Assembly: GCA_963770945.1 (NCBI GenBank)
Contig: CAVYRP010000004.1
Coordinates: 23,901 to 87,900, forward strand
Source of the DNA: an uncultured Bacteroidota bacterium
Lineage (GTDB): Bacteria > Bacteroidota > Ignavibacteria > UBA10030
DNA length: 64,000 nt
Direction of reading: 5' to 3'
This document shows positions 21,371 through 32,115 of this stretch, piece by piece. The translations under genes and the position numbers were made by a program. Below the pieces are notes generated by a model that was given only the letters and a program-made list of their open reading frames with translations, was not told the DNA's origin and made no database searches. How positions within the stretch are numbered: the first letter of the stretch is position 1; every line of letters starts with the position of its first letter.

Positions 21371-22762
21371 TTATCGATGCGCAGTCAGCTGCCGCCCTGA
21401 CCTTAGTTTGCCTTCTACTATTGCCACCATAAAATCGATATGTAAAGGTTTAGGCAGAAAGTAATCCACACCCATACGCAGTCCTGCTCTCACAATGCGA
21501 GCATCGCCGGGATATGTCATCATTAGAAATGGAATTTGATTCCATTGCTTATTTGAACGTACTTTCTCATAGAATTCAAATCCATCGGTGTCCAGCTGCG
21601 GGAAAACAACTTCGCTGAGAATTAGATCGGGTTTATTTGTTTTTATAAATTGAATTGCTTCGTCGGGATGTCGCGCTACTCTCACGTCATATCCCCGGCC
21701 GATTAGAGCACGTGCAACGGAAATTAAATCATCTTGATCCGGGTCTACAATCAGTACTGTTTCCTTTGTTTCATGAGATGTGCGTAACAAAGAATATCTC
21801 TTTTCTGCAGCCGCTTGATCTTCAGGTGTTATACCGAATTTCTTGCGCATAATATCGAGTACTTCCTGCTCGTTATCGGTAACCACGCCGTCCCGCCAGA
21901 CAATTTGCAATGCATCGACATAAGCATCGATTTTAATGTCCACTTCAAGTCGACAATGATCTTCAAATGAAATTGAAGATTGAGTGCGTACGCGGTGCAG
22001 CATTGCGGATTCTTCAGGAGTAATGACGCCGTCCGTCCAACATTCCCTAAGAAGCTCCCGGTAGAGCGCAAAACGGCCGGCCTGAGCTTGCGGTTCATTT
22101 TTTGGTATCAATAGCGGCGGTTTATCTATTTTACTCTTTTGGGGCACCTCTTCTTGTACGGGTTCAACAGCTTGCGCAGCAGCCTCCTGCATGGGTATCG
22201 GCTGCTCGGGAGTATCATCCAGGACAAATTCTTGTTGAATTGAAGTTTCTTCCTGTACAGGTTCTTCCGGATTTGTCGACAGCGAGGTATACGTCTCAGG
22301 TTCACTTTGTAGACGAGGACTATAATCTATATTTCCTTTACCTGCCGCCTCAGCCTGCATTAATTCTTCTATACGTTCAGAATATAATTGCGCATAGTGG
22401 TTTTTCGGATCGATCTGGTAAACCCTCGCAACAACCGCCAATGCACGATGGTACAATTTCACCTTGATAAATTCTTCTGCGGATGCAAGCAGACGAGAAA
22501 CAGTTTGCATGCGGCGTTCGAGGGGCATATCCATTTCACCGAATTCCTTCGCCCGCTTTTCATTTTCCTTCTGGATTAAATAGCGCGTGCGTTCAAGAAA
22601 CGAACGGATATACATATTTTTGGGATCAAGTTCGAATGCAGATTCAATCTCCAGTAAAGCATTATCATATTTTTTTTGCTTCACCAATTCATCTGCAGTA
22701 CGAAGATGCTTGCTGACACGTTCCTTGAAAGGTTCGGCCTGGGATTTTTTCTTATTAAACAT
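21371..22762 (-). CDS. TPR + TerB-like repeats + atypical receiver domain protein (paralog A)
   Basis: Two AL.EI..A.E.DPKN.Y TPR-like repeats, two W.DG..T..E...L repeats, C-terminal REC (VLIVD, DLILSE, PKP). Confidence 0.8.
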   Translation of the reverse strand: MFNKKKSQAEPFKERVSKHLRTADELVKQKKYDNALLEIESAFELDPKNMYIRSFLERTRYLIQKENEKRAKEFGEMDMPLERRMQTVSRLLASAEEFIKVKLYHRALAVVARVYQIDPKNHYAQLYSERIEELMQAEAAGKGNIDYSPRLQSEPETYTSLSTNPEEPVQEETSIQQEFVLDDTPEQPIPMQEAAAQAVEPVQEEVPQKSKIDKPPLLIPKNEPQAQAGRFALYRELLRECWTDGVITPEESAMLHRVRTQSSISFEDHCRLEVDIKIDAYVDALQIVWRDGVVTDNEQEVLDIMRKKFGITPEDQAAAEKRYSLLRTSHETKETVLIVDPDQDDLISVARALIGRGYDVRVARHPDEAIQFIKTNKPDLILSEVVFPQLDTDGFEFYEKVRSNKQWNQIPFLMMTYPGDARIVRAGLRMGVDYFLPKPLHIDFMVAIVEGKLRSGRQLTAHR

Positions 22763-22785
22763 TTTACTGATTATCTCTCCTGAAT

Positions 22786-23965
22786 TTAAATATTAATTTT
22801 TCCTTCAATAATCGATAACAGTATTTTCATATCAATTGGTTTTTCAAGAACATGATCGACACCTAACCGATAGCATGCCTGGATAATTTTTTTATGGCCT
22901 AGAGAACTTATAAAAATGATCGGCGTTTGTTTTAATAACGGATCTTCGCTCAATTTTTTACGAAATCCCATTCCGTCCATTTGATCTTTAGGAAAAAGAA
23001 TTGCGGAAATTATAACATTCGGTGTATGCGTGCTGAGAATCTGCAGTGCATCTTCCGCTTTTTGCGATAAAAGAACCGTAAGGCCATGTTGCTGCAGGCC
23101 CTTACTCAATGATACCAGAATTTGCCGATCCGAATCGACAACAAGGACGGTTCCTCGTGATTTCGATGCTTTCCTGATCTCTGCATACCGTAATTCCGCT
23201 TCGGTCTGTTCTTCTTTCGAAATACCGTATTTTTCAATCATCATCTGAAGCGCTTTTTGTTCTAAACCGCTCAGGCTATGGTCGCGCCATGCAATACGTA
23301 ATGCTTCCAAATACGCTGCAATTCTCGTTTCCCGCTCTAGTTTTGTGTGCTCTTCCTGCGTGATTCCAAAAAGGTCGCGCAATGCGCTAAGCTCTTGAGC
23401 CTCTTGTTCAGAAATTTTTCCATCAAACCATACTTCTTTGAGAAGTTCGCAATACATCATCATACTGCCGCTTACAGGAACCTGTTCCTGCTGAATATCG
23501 GGCACATCAGGCTGGACAAAGGTCGCTACAGGTTTATCATCTTCACTGCCCTTAGAATGCATGAGAATATCAATGCGTTCTGAATACGTCTGTGCATAGT
23601 AGTTCTTCGGATCAATTTTATAAACGCGCGCAACTTCTTCCAATGCATGTGCATAAGTCTTTTTTATTGATATATTCTTCAGCAGTTGAAAGATATTGCG
23701 AGATAAGATCTGTCTGATCTTCCTTTTGTTTTTCTTCCGCTGCCGATTGATCGGGTTCTTTCGGCTTAGAGCGTTTATACATCAATTTGACCCGCTCGAG
23801 AAAAGAACGTGCATAGTTATTCTTCGGATCAATTTCAAGCGCCCGCTCGATTTCCATTAGAGCTTCGTCATATCTCTGCTGGCGCGAGAATTCATCCGCC
23901 GTTCGCAAATGCTTCCCGATGCGCTCTTTCAATTCCTGGGGATCTAATTTATTTTCTTCAGACAT
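22786..23965 (-). CDS. TPR + TerB-like repeats + atypical receiver domain protein (paralog B; frameshift near 23660)
   Basis: ORFs 23618..23965 and 22786..23643 together align end-to-end with paralog A; REC has NVIISA, EKP. Confidence 0.78.
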
Positions 23966-24218
23966 CGATCTTTATTTTTTGTCATTCCAGAATATTTTCT
24001 TCTGTAGATTTTTTTTACATACAGGATTGCGTATGTAATGATATCACCCGACCAACTTCTGTTTTATTTCATAAAGAACGAACTTTTATCTCTATAGCAC
24101 TATATTATAATAGTTCTTAGGACGATTTCCAAGAACGATATATGGAATCTCGATATACCGCTGATTTTATTACAAATTTCCGAATCGAGTGTCCTGCAAC
24201 AGCTTAAGGCACCTTTTT

Positions 24219-24995
24219 CTATCGAAATAATCCCAATTGTGCAATAATCAGCTTGCCAAGTTCTGTCTCTACTATATGCGGAGCAAGCAATTGAAATGAT
24301 GCATTTGCCGAATACAGAATAGCCGGTACCGCGCCTCCGGCAGATCCGGATTGTGGGACATCTTTAAGTGAGTTCATGGAATGAATAATTTCCGAAGAAG
24401 GCAGATTTCCTGTAATGAAGATCGTTGAACTGTTTTTATCGGATTTGGGGACTGAAATAAGCTGCACACATCGCACTTTTTCGTCCATCGTTGCTTTAAC
24501 CGGTAATTGCATACTGACAACGACAAGCGGACGTATTCCTACATCAATTGTTGCCTGCAACCCGGCTTCAAAACTTGCCGCCTTTAGATGATCGAATGTT
24601 TGATTATGTTGTGAAAGAATCGGATAGGAGCTAAAAACAGCATTGCCTGTTTGACGGCCGGAGATATACATCATTTCACCGAATGCATTTCTCCAATCCG
24701 TTTTAATGGAAAGCTCATTAACAAAATCGACGCGCGATGCTACCCCGGGATATCGTGAGATCCCCTGTACCGCAAGTATTTCTACATGCTCCCGTTTCAG
24801 TATTTTAGCAAGTTCGGCAATATGCTTTTCTTCTATTCGTTTATTGAAATTACCGAGATTCAGGCTCGCGATATATAGGACAATTTCCGGTTTACGTACG
24901 GTTTCTTTTTCCTCTTTTTTCAAATTTGAAGAACAACCGCAAAGTACAAGAACCGATATAAGAATCACAAATATTTTGATATAATTATTTCCCAT
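24219..24995 (-). CDS. EEP (endonuclease/exonuclease/phosphatase)-fold lipoprotein, degenerate active site
   Basis: Lipobox LCGC; IASLNL, ILAVQG, GNAVFSSYPI fold motifs. Confidence 0.75.
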   Translation of the reverse strand: MGNNYIKIFVILISVLVLCGCSSNLKKEEKETVRKPEIVLYIASLNLGNFNKRIEEKHIAELAKILKREHVEILAVQGISRYPGVASRVDFVNELSIKTDWRNAFGEMMYISGRQTGNAVFSSYPILSQHNQTFDHLKAASFEAGLQATIDVGIRPLVVVSMQLPVKATMDEKVRCVQLISVPKSDKNSSTIFITGNLPSSEIIHSMNSLKDVPQSGSAGGAVPAILYSANASFQLLAPHIVETELGKLIIAQLGLFR

Positions 24996-25090
24996 TCGTT
25001 ACCTTTAAAAAATATATGAAATTAAGGTCTTACCGTTGAACATATATCATTTTTGTAGAAAAGCAAAAGAATGAGAGTTCGCTCCATTTT

Positions 25091-26159
25091 TCAAGAAGCA
25101 TCATTCCACTTTCCCGCAATTTTTGTTCCACATTTAAAACATGTTCCTTTTGACAGTGTATTTCTTAGTACACGAAATCCCTGCCGTTCGATGAGAAGTT
25201 CGTGACAGGAAAAACAATAAGTGTTTTCATAATTCCGTGTTTGTCCGGGCAGGTTGCCGGTGTAGACAAAATGTAAACCTTCTTTATAACCGATTTCTGC
25301 TGCACGAAGTAAAGTGGAAATTGGCGTGATTTCTTCATCCGCCGTCATCTTATAATCCTGATGATAGGCAGTAACATGCCAGGGGATATCCGATGAAACA
25401 GAATAAAGAAATTTTGCAATGTCGGTCAACTCTATTTCCGTATCGTTCATACCTGGAACAATAAGCGTGACTACCTCGACCCACTTGCCGCGATCGTGCA
25501 GCGACTTAATGGTATCGATTACATTCTGAAGGACGCCGCCCATCTGCCGGTATGTTTTCTGGCGATAACTTTTCAAGTCAACTTTAAAAAGATCGACCCA
25601 TGGCTCTAAGTAGTCGAGCACTTCCGGTGTTCCGTTTCCATTGGAGACATAAGAAGTGACGAGTCCGGCCTTCTTTGCATGCTTGAATATTTCGACCGCC
25701 CATTCGGAGGTAATGAGAGGTTCATTGTATGTACTTGTAATAATCGGGATTTTCCGGTTCAATAGCAATTTTCACAATTTCTTCGGCACTAATCTCTTCA
25801 ATGGAAGAAACAGCATGCAGGTCCCTGAGCGTCTGGGACGTTATCCAATTCTGACAAAACGGGCAGTGATAATCGCAGCCGAGCATACCGAAGCTCAGAG
25901 CTGCAGATCCGGGATAAACATGGAAAAATGGTTTCTTCTCTATAGGATCAAGCGCAATACCGGAGACATACCCGAAGGGAACATAAAGTTTTCCATCCTT
26001 GTTAAAGCGGATTTTACAGACGCCGTCTTTTTCAGGCGGGATATTACACCTATGGCCGCATGCAAAACATTGCACCCGACCGTCGGGCATCCGGGTATAA
26101 AGCTCGCCTTCCCTTGTGTGGACTGATAGAATTTCTTTCAACGATGATTCCGACATCAC
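25091..26159 (-). CDS. amrS: AmmeMemoRadiSam-system radical SAM enzyme (frameshift near 25760)
   Basis: CFACGHRC, DPIEKKPFFH, GCDYHCPFCQNW, TYNEP, KVDLK, C-terminal CxxC pairs. Confidence 0.88.
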
Positions 26160-26324
26160 TTACCTCACGAGTAAGTTACGATGTTGAATGATGGAAATCA
26201 AGATTGAGCTTTTTGTGAAATTTCTGTTTAGAGATAAGAACTTTATCAGATTCAATAGTAAATAAAGAACTGGAGCGGCGTTAGAATTATGAGCTAATAC
26301 TTTTAATAAAACGTTTAATCTTCT

Positions 26325-28620
26325 TTATCGGCGGATGACAGCCACCTTACCGGTCACAGTTTTAGAACCGTTTTCTGCAAACGCAATAATAAAATATATT
26401 CCGGATGAAACAAGCGCGCCATTTTTATCACGTCCGTCCCAAAATGCCCTGCCTCCTCCTTGTGCTTCAAATTGCTTAACAACAAAGCCGCTTACAGTTA
26501 TTATTTTAATAGTGCTGCCGGATACAAGGTTACGAATAGTTAGTTGTTGTTCGTTCGGCAATATAAATGGATTCGGACCAACATCCAGCTTTGTATATGA
26601 CTGGTTAGTCTGCACGGCTTCAATAGCAACACTTGACAATCCTTGTTCCGAACCGAAGTAAGCGATACCGCGTTTCTGATCGATTGCAATCGATCGTACA
26701 TTATCCGATAGAAGCCGGCCATTAGTTAATGCGACCGTATAAGTCTTGATTATTTGTGAGCCATCTGAATTAACAACAAAAACACCATCGTTCGTACCGA
26801 TCCATTTATTATTCAGGGCATCAACCGCCATAGCCTGAACAAATGGCGGAGCGTAAGATTGAAAGGCGTAACATGGAGCCTGTTGCAGGGGAAACTGGGG
26901 ATCAGGAATGATGTTAATACCTTTGCTCGTTCCGATCCATACTGCACCATCATGATCAACTACAAAAGACAGGACTATATCGCTTTTTAATCCGTCCGAT
27001 GAGGAAATATGTCCCCAGCCATTCACAGTATCTATCCCGGAAAGGACCGGATTTTCATTAAAAACATAGACACCATTGAGTCTATTGTTAGTATTTTTTA
27101 AATATCCAGGAAGATCCCCGGCTAGCCACTTTGTTCCATTACGATCTATGACTATTGAATGGAACCAGCCGTCCGATGTCCATCCTGGAAGCTGATTGTT
27201 AAAAAAGGTCCCGGTTCCATCATCATTTAATCTAAGCAAACTTCTGCCGTTTACTTGATTCTCACAGACCATCCAGACTTTATTATCATTATCCACCGCA
27301 AAACCACCCGCAACAACATAATCGACAGCGTTAGAGATAGCTGATGGAAGACTCGGATCACTGTAATAATTCAGAGTATCGTTGAGTTCGCCGTCAACAA
27401 CTTTTACAGCGCCAAATCCCCAAGAACTGACCCACACCGTTCCTTTTGTTCCAAGTGATACCTTGTAGAATCCTAGATACCTGGAAAAGTTCTTCCACTG
27501 AATATTCTCAGGCAACGATGGATCATATCGATAGAATCCGGCATGACGAAACTGAACCGGAAGCCGCCCACAACACACCGTCATCATCGACTGCAAGACT
27601 GATGAATAGATTTGATTGCGGGCCATTGGGAAAGTAATAATTCCAGTCCTGATGCTGTTCGTCGCGTTAATCCGTTCGATGTGGTACTTATCCAGAGCGA
27701 AGAAGAAGAGGGAATAAGACTCGTTCCCTGAACAGTAGAATTTGTATCGACAATCTGAGGTGTTCCTGCAAAGTATGAGAGAGATTCTACGATAAAACCC
27801 GGTCCTTCATTTCTTAATATTAACAGTTTTCCTCCGTCTCGTACGAAGATCTTTTATAGTCTTGCCATTAAGCGTCCTGACAATACCGAATGATCCGTTC
27901 TTATAATATCCTAATCCCCTGTCCGTAGCAATCGCTACAGTGTCTCTTAATACTGCAAAAGCGGATACAGAAATCGGGTCTGGAATTCCCGGGAATTGTC
28001 GCTATACACTGTCCACGAATCGGGAGCAGAAAGATTTGGCGCTGTCAAAGGGGCAACGGCGAAGCCTTTATCAGTACCAACAAATATATTGACTGGTATT
28101 AGTAAGTAACACATTTCACAACAGGAGCGGATGAAAAACCAAAGTTCGCATATGTATCTCCAAATTCCCATTTACTAATTTTAAATGGTATTACACCGAA
28201 CACAGTGGCAACAAACATTGTATCGCCCTGAAGAGAAAAACCCTGTATCTCCTTTTTTGGAATTATCGTTTGGTCTATTTGCATCAATAGTTGACCACAT
28301 GTTCTGTTTGTAGATCATATGTATTGATGAATCCATTTGCTCCGCCAACCCAAATACGATTTCCGGATTCAACTGCAATACAGCACGTATCGTTGAAAGA
28401 GAGTCCGTTGGAGAGGTCAAATTTTTTATATTGCTCTGAAACCATATCAAATACAAATACACCGCTGCCCGTTGCCGCCCAGATACTGTTGCCCACACGC
28501 ACCGCATTGCGCACAGATTTCATATCGGTAAATGATTTTCCATTGTCCGATATGCTGCTGGCTCTGTGCATTCATACTCGAATGAGAAGAAGGAGAAAGA
28601 TTATTAATTCGACGTTTCAT
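26325..28620 (-). CDS. porZ: PorZ-like two-component-propeller protein with T9SS CTD (multiple frameshifts in the 5' half)
   Basis: IGQWK..FTD, IWAATGSG, repeated D..G..WIGT propeller blades, PNPF...WDGRD.NG..VSSGIYF...GKVAVIR C-terminal domain. Confidence 0.75.
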
Positions 28621-28628
28621 AGTAGTAC

Positions 28629-29120
28629 TTACCGTGATGTGCTTTTTAATGTTTGGAAGAGTGCAGCCATTTCGATGGCCGTCAGCGCTGCATCCCATCC
28701 TTTGTTTCCTTGTGGACCGCCGATACGATCTAACGCCTGCTGTTCAGTATTCGTTGTCAACACTCCGAATACTACCGGTACAGAATGACGAAGGGCTACA
28801 TCCTGAATGCCTCGTGCTGTCTCTGCAGATACATATTCAAAGTGAGGCGTCTCTCCGCGAATGACTGCACCAAGACAAATAATTGCATTCCACTTTTTCT
28901 GCGCAGCTAGCCGATTTGCCACCTGCGGCAATTCAAACGATCCCGGACAATATATAACTTTCCGGTTCTTCTCCGGAATACTATGCTTACGCAGACATTG
29001 TTCAGCGCCTTCCAACAGTCTTTTCGTAATAGGCTGATTGAATTTGCTGACAACAATGGCAAATCGAAATTTTTTTGCCGATTCTTGAAATTCACGTGGA
29101 ATATAGTTCTTTGGATTCAC
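28629..29120 (-). CDS. ribH: 6,7-dimethyl-8-ribityllumazine synthase
   Basis: PGSFELP, GAVIRGETPHFEYV, FGVLTT, NKG. Confidence 0.97.
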   Translation of the reverse strand: MNPKNYIPREFQESAKKFRFAIVVSKFNQPITKRLLEGAEQCLRKHSIPEKNRKVIYCPGSFELPQVANRLAAQKKWNAIICLGAVIRGETPHFEYVSAETARGIQDVALRHSVPVVFGVLTTNTEQQALDRIGGPQGNKGWDAALTAIEMAALFQTLKSTSR

Positions 29121-29126
29121 GACAGC

Positions 29127-29998
29127 TCAAGAAAAAAGACGATTGCGCATGTCTTCGACAACATCCAGCGACACAGTATAGACACCAAAAACACCTTCGT
29201 CGTTCTTTTTGCCGCCGTGGTAATCGGAGCCGCCGCACTCAAGAAGGAAATACTGATCGAACAACACCGCGATAAAATTCCTGACGTGTTTCGTTATGCG
29301 ACGGATGAACTACTTCAATTCCATCCAGACCGGCTTTAATAAGAGTTGATAATTCCAAATCTGTCGTATACTTGCCGGGATGCGCAAGAAATGAAAGTCC
29401 GCCGGCTTGTGTAATGAGTTGAGTCGCTTCTAGCGGTGAAAGCTGGTATTTTTTTTCATATGCCGGGGCCCCCGCGCCTATATATCTTAAAAATGCTTCG
29501 TGATATGTATCCGTCAATCCTTCTTCCATCAAGGCACTGGCAATATGAGGACGGCCGACCGAACCGACTCCTGCTTGATCAAGCACTGCATTCAATTTTA
29601 AAGGAATATTGATGTCGTTGAGTTTTTGGACAATGCGCTCAGCGCGTTTCAATCGTTCGTAACGAAAAAAAGAAAGATAATCCAATAACTTTTGATTCGT
29701 ATGGTCAAAGAAGTAAGCAAGCAAGTGAATATCTTTTTCATTCAACGCAACACTCAACTCTACACCGGTTACAACTTCTATACCGAGACTTTTCCCTTCT
29801 TCGATTGCTTCATCGATAGCACCGACATTATCGTGATCAGTAATTGAAATAACCGATAAGTCCGACCGCGTGAGCCCGTTGGACAATATCCTTAGGACTT
29901 CGTGCTCCGTCGGAGTATGTTGTATGAAGATGAAGATCAGCTCGAGAATTATCAGACCGACCGATGTTATCCGTCAGTTCTTTCCGCTTTTCAGCCAT
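29127..29998 (-). CDS. PHP-domain phosphoesterase (TrpH/YciV-like; two frameshifts)
   Basis: DLHLHTTYSDG (manual), ITDHD, GRPHIA, LAHP, GGSDYHG (manual). Confidence 0.88.
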
Positions 29999-30075
29999 AA
30001 ATACTCATACAGACTTTTATTCTCACACACATTTCTATCCCTGAATTTGATCCATAACAATGCAAAAAAGATTTC

Positions 30076-30762
30076 CTATAAATATTTTTTCCGAAATGCT
30101 TCATAATCATTAATAATAAGCTTGTTCCCCTTCATTTGAACCTCCCCGCCTTCGATAAACAAATGAATCATACGCGACACAGTTTCACGAGAGGTACCGG
30201 CCATATTGGCAATATCCTGCTGAAGCGGCAGGTCATCAATCTCTACTTTCCCTTTGCGAAATACACCGACATCATCGGCAAGGATAAGCATCACATTGGC
30301 AACTCTTCCTTCGGCATCTTTTAATGACAGGCTCTTGATCTGCATATCGGCTTTGCGCAGCCGCATAGCAAGTTCTGCCAGGAGTGAAATCGTTACCGTA
30401 GGAAATTCATTCAATAACTCTAAAAAATCCCGCCTATGAATCATGAATAATTCGGATTTCACGGTTGCTACAACGCTCGCCGATCGTGCTAACCCATCCA
30501 GCAGCGACATTTCACCGAAGAATTCGCCGGGGCCGAACATCGAGAGAATAACTTCACGTCCATCTTCATCCATCCGTACTACTTTTACCTTGCCTGAAAT
30601 GATAACGAAAAGAGCAGCGCCGCTTTCCTGTTCAAGGACAACGATATTGCCCTTTTTATATTTTTGACTCGTACCGAGTTTGACAACTTTCAGCAAATCC
30701 TTTTCTTCGAGTTCTGAGAAGATAGGAACATTGCGCAGAAAATTAATTTCGTCTTGCGGCAT
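30076..30762 (-). CDS. Crp/Fnr family transcriptional regulator
   Basis: cNMP-binding FFGEMSLLDGLARSAS and HTH GTSRETVSR. Confidence 0.95.
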   Translation of the reverse strand: MPQDEINFLRNVPIFSELEEKDLLKVVKLGTSQKYKKGNIVVLEQESGAALFVIISGKVKVVRMDEDGREVILSMFGPGEFFGEMSLLDGLARSASVVATVKSELFMIHRRDFLELLNEFPTVTISLLAELAMRLRKADMQIKSLSLKDAEGRVANVMLILADDVGVFRKGKVEIDDLPLQQDIANMAGTSRETVSRMIHLFIEGGEVQMKGNKLIINDYEAFRKKYL

Positions 30763-30841
30763 TGTAGTCCATGTATGATATATAAGTTAAGCTGCCTGTT
30801 TTATATGAAAAATTAGGACTTTGCACAGTATGAACGTTGGT

Positions 30842-30870
30842 AATATATCTTCCGGTGTTGTGAAATGCAA
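30842..30870 (-). promoter_or_regulatory. sigma70-type promoter of the crp operon
   Basis: TTGCAT-17bp-TATATT on the minus strand. Confidence 0.6.
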
Positions 30871-30938
30871 GGTTTTAATAGACTGAGGCCCTGATTCCAT
30901 TCTCGATGCTTCCGCAAATATATATAAACCTTACTATT

Positions 30939-31997
30939 TTACTTTACTTTTCCTAATTCGCCCTTGAGATAGTCAATAACAGCCACAGGCTCCGGATCTT
31001 CGTTGTTCAAAATAGCAAGGTAGAGAGTCGTCCAATCGCCAAAATGGATTAGTGAAAACATTCGCGTAAGAAGTGATTTCCCTTCGCTTGTTATTTCCGT
31101 TACCATACCGGCATACTGTGTTATAATTCGCTTTGTGATTTCTTCTCTAATTGCAACACGTTTGTGGGTACCTGGATCCTTAAGAAAGATGACATGCATT
31201 TGCTTCATCAAGTCGGTCAGCACCTTCCATCCGACAAGTTCGTTATGGTTCATTTCCGGCAAAACATGCCCTGATGACAGCTGCTTGGCATTTTCCGCAA
31301 TTTGACCGCGCCATCGAAGATTTACGGTATCGAGATGCTCGGCCGGCGAATAAATGACCGGAAGTTTTCCTTTGAGTCGTTCCGCCAATTTCAACGGTGC
31401 ATTCTCTTCCAATTCCGGATTACTATAAAGTGCAGCTTTGGTTTTAAGTACCCGGATTGTCTCCTTTATATCTTTGTCCTTTGATTTTATCAGACCTAAT
31501 TTACCGAGCACAACAAGCAGCGGGAAGAATGAATATCCCAGAGCTGCACGCGGAGATAGGCCGGGTGGAATTTGTATCCACGGGTGTTTGAATTTTTTTG
31601 CCGTTTTCGCCGTTTCTCCTCCGGTGCTGACACAAAGAACTCTCGCTTTTCTCTTTATTGCATCTTTATGAGCTGAGATAGTCTCCTCCGTATTGCCGGA
31701 ATAGCTGGAAACAATGACAAGTGTATTTTTTCCGACAAATTCCGGTAGAACATAATGCCGATTTATTATAAACGGTATTTTCAGTTCTTCAGCAAGATAC
31801 GAACGAAGTAAATCTCCGCCGATAGCTGATCCGCCCAATCCGGTCAATACGATGTTTTGAACACCTTTCACATTGAGCTTTATTTTTGCCTCTTTCCCTA
31901 TGCGAACAGCCTCTTCAATTTGCTTAGGAAAATCAGCAATCCAGACTGACATTCCTTTTGGATCTTTTCGAGTGATATCGTCGAGCGTCATTATCAT
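30939..31997 (-). CDS. Bifunctional phosphoglucose/phosphomannose isomerase
   Basis: GLGGSAIGG, SYSGNTEET, PRAA, ENAK, PEMNHNE. Confidence 0.93.
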   Translation of the reverse strand: MIMTLDDITRKDPKGMSVWIADFPKQIEEAVRIGKEAKIKLNVKGVQNIVLTGLGGSAIGGDLLRSYLAEELKIPFIINRHYVLPEFVGKNTLVIVSSYSGNTEETISAHKDAIKRKARVLCVSTGGETAKTAKKFKHPWIQIPPGLSPRAALGYSFFPLLVVLGKLGLIKSKDKDIKETIRVLKTKAALYSNPELEENAPLKLAERLKGKLPVIYSPAEHLDTVNLRWRGQIAENAKQLSSGHVLPEMNHNELVGWKVLTDLMKQMHVIFLKDPGTHKRVAIREEITKRIITQYAGMVTEITSEGKSLLTRMFSLIHFGDWTTLYLAILNNEDPEPVAVIDYLKGELGKVK

Positions 31998-32115
31998 TCT
32001 CCTTTAAGTGTTACCTGATAGTAAAAAGCTGTAAATGTTTGATCGATTAAAATCAGCTTCGACTATCTGCTTTACTTTCAGTTTATTCTAAACTCTTAAG
32101 ACCAGTATTCCAGAC

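Noticed and set aside
28629-30070. FMN riboswitch upstream of ribH
   Set aside because: ribH directly follows the PHP gene; no room or motif
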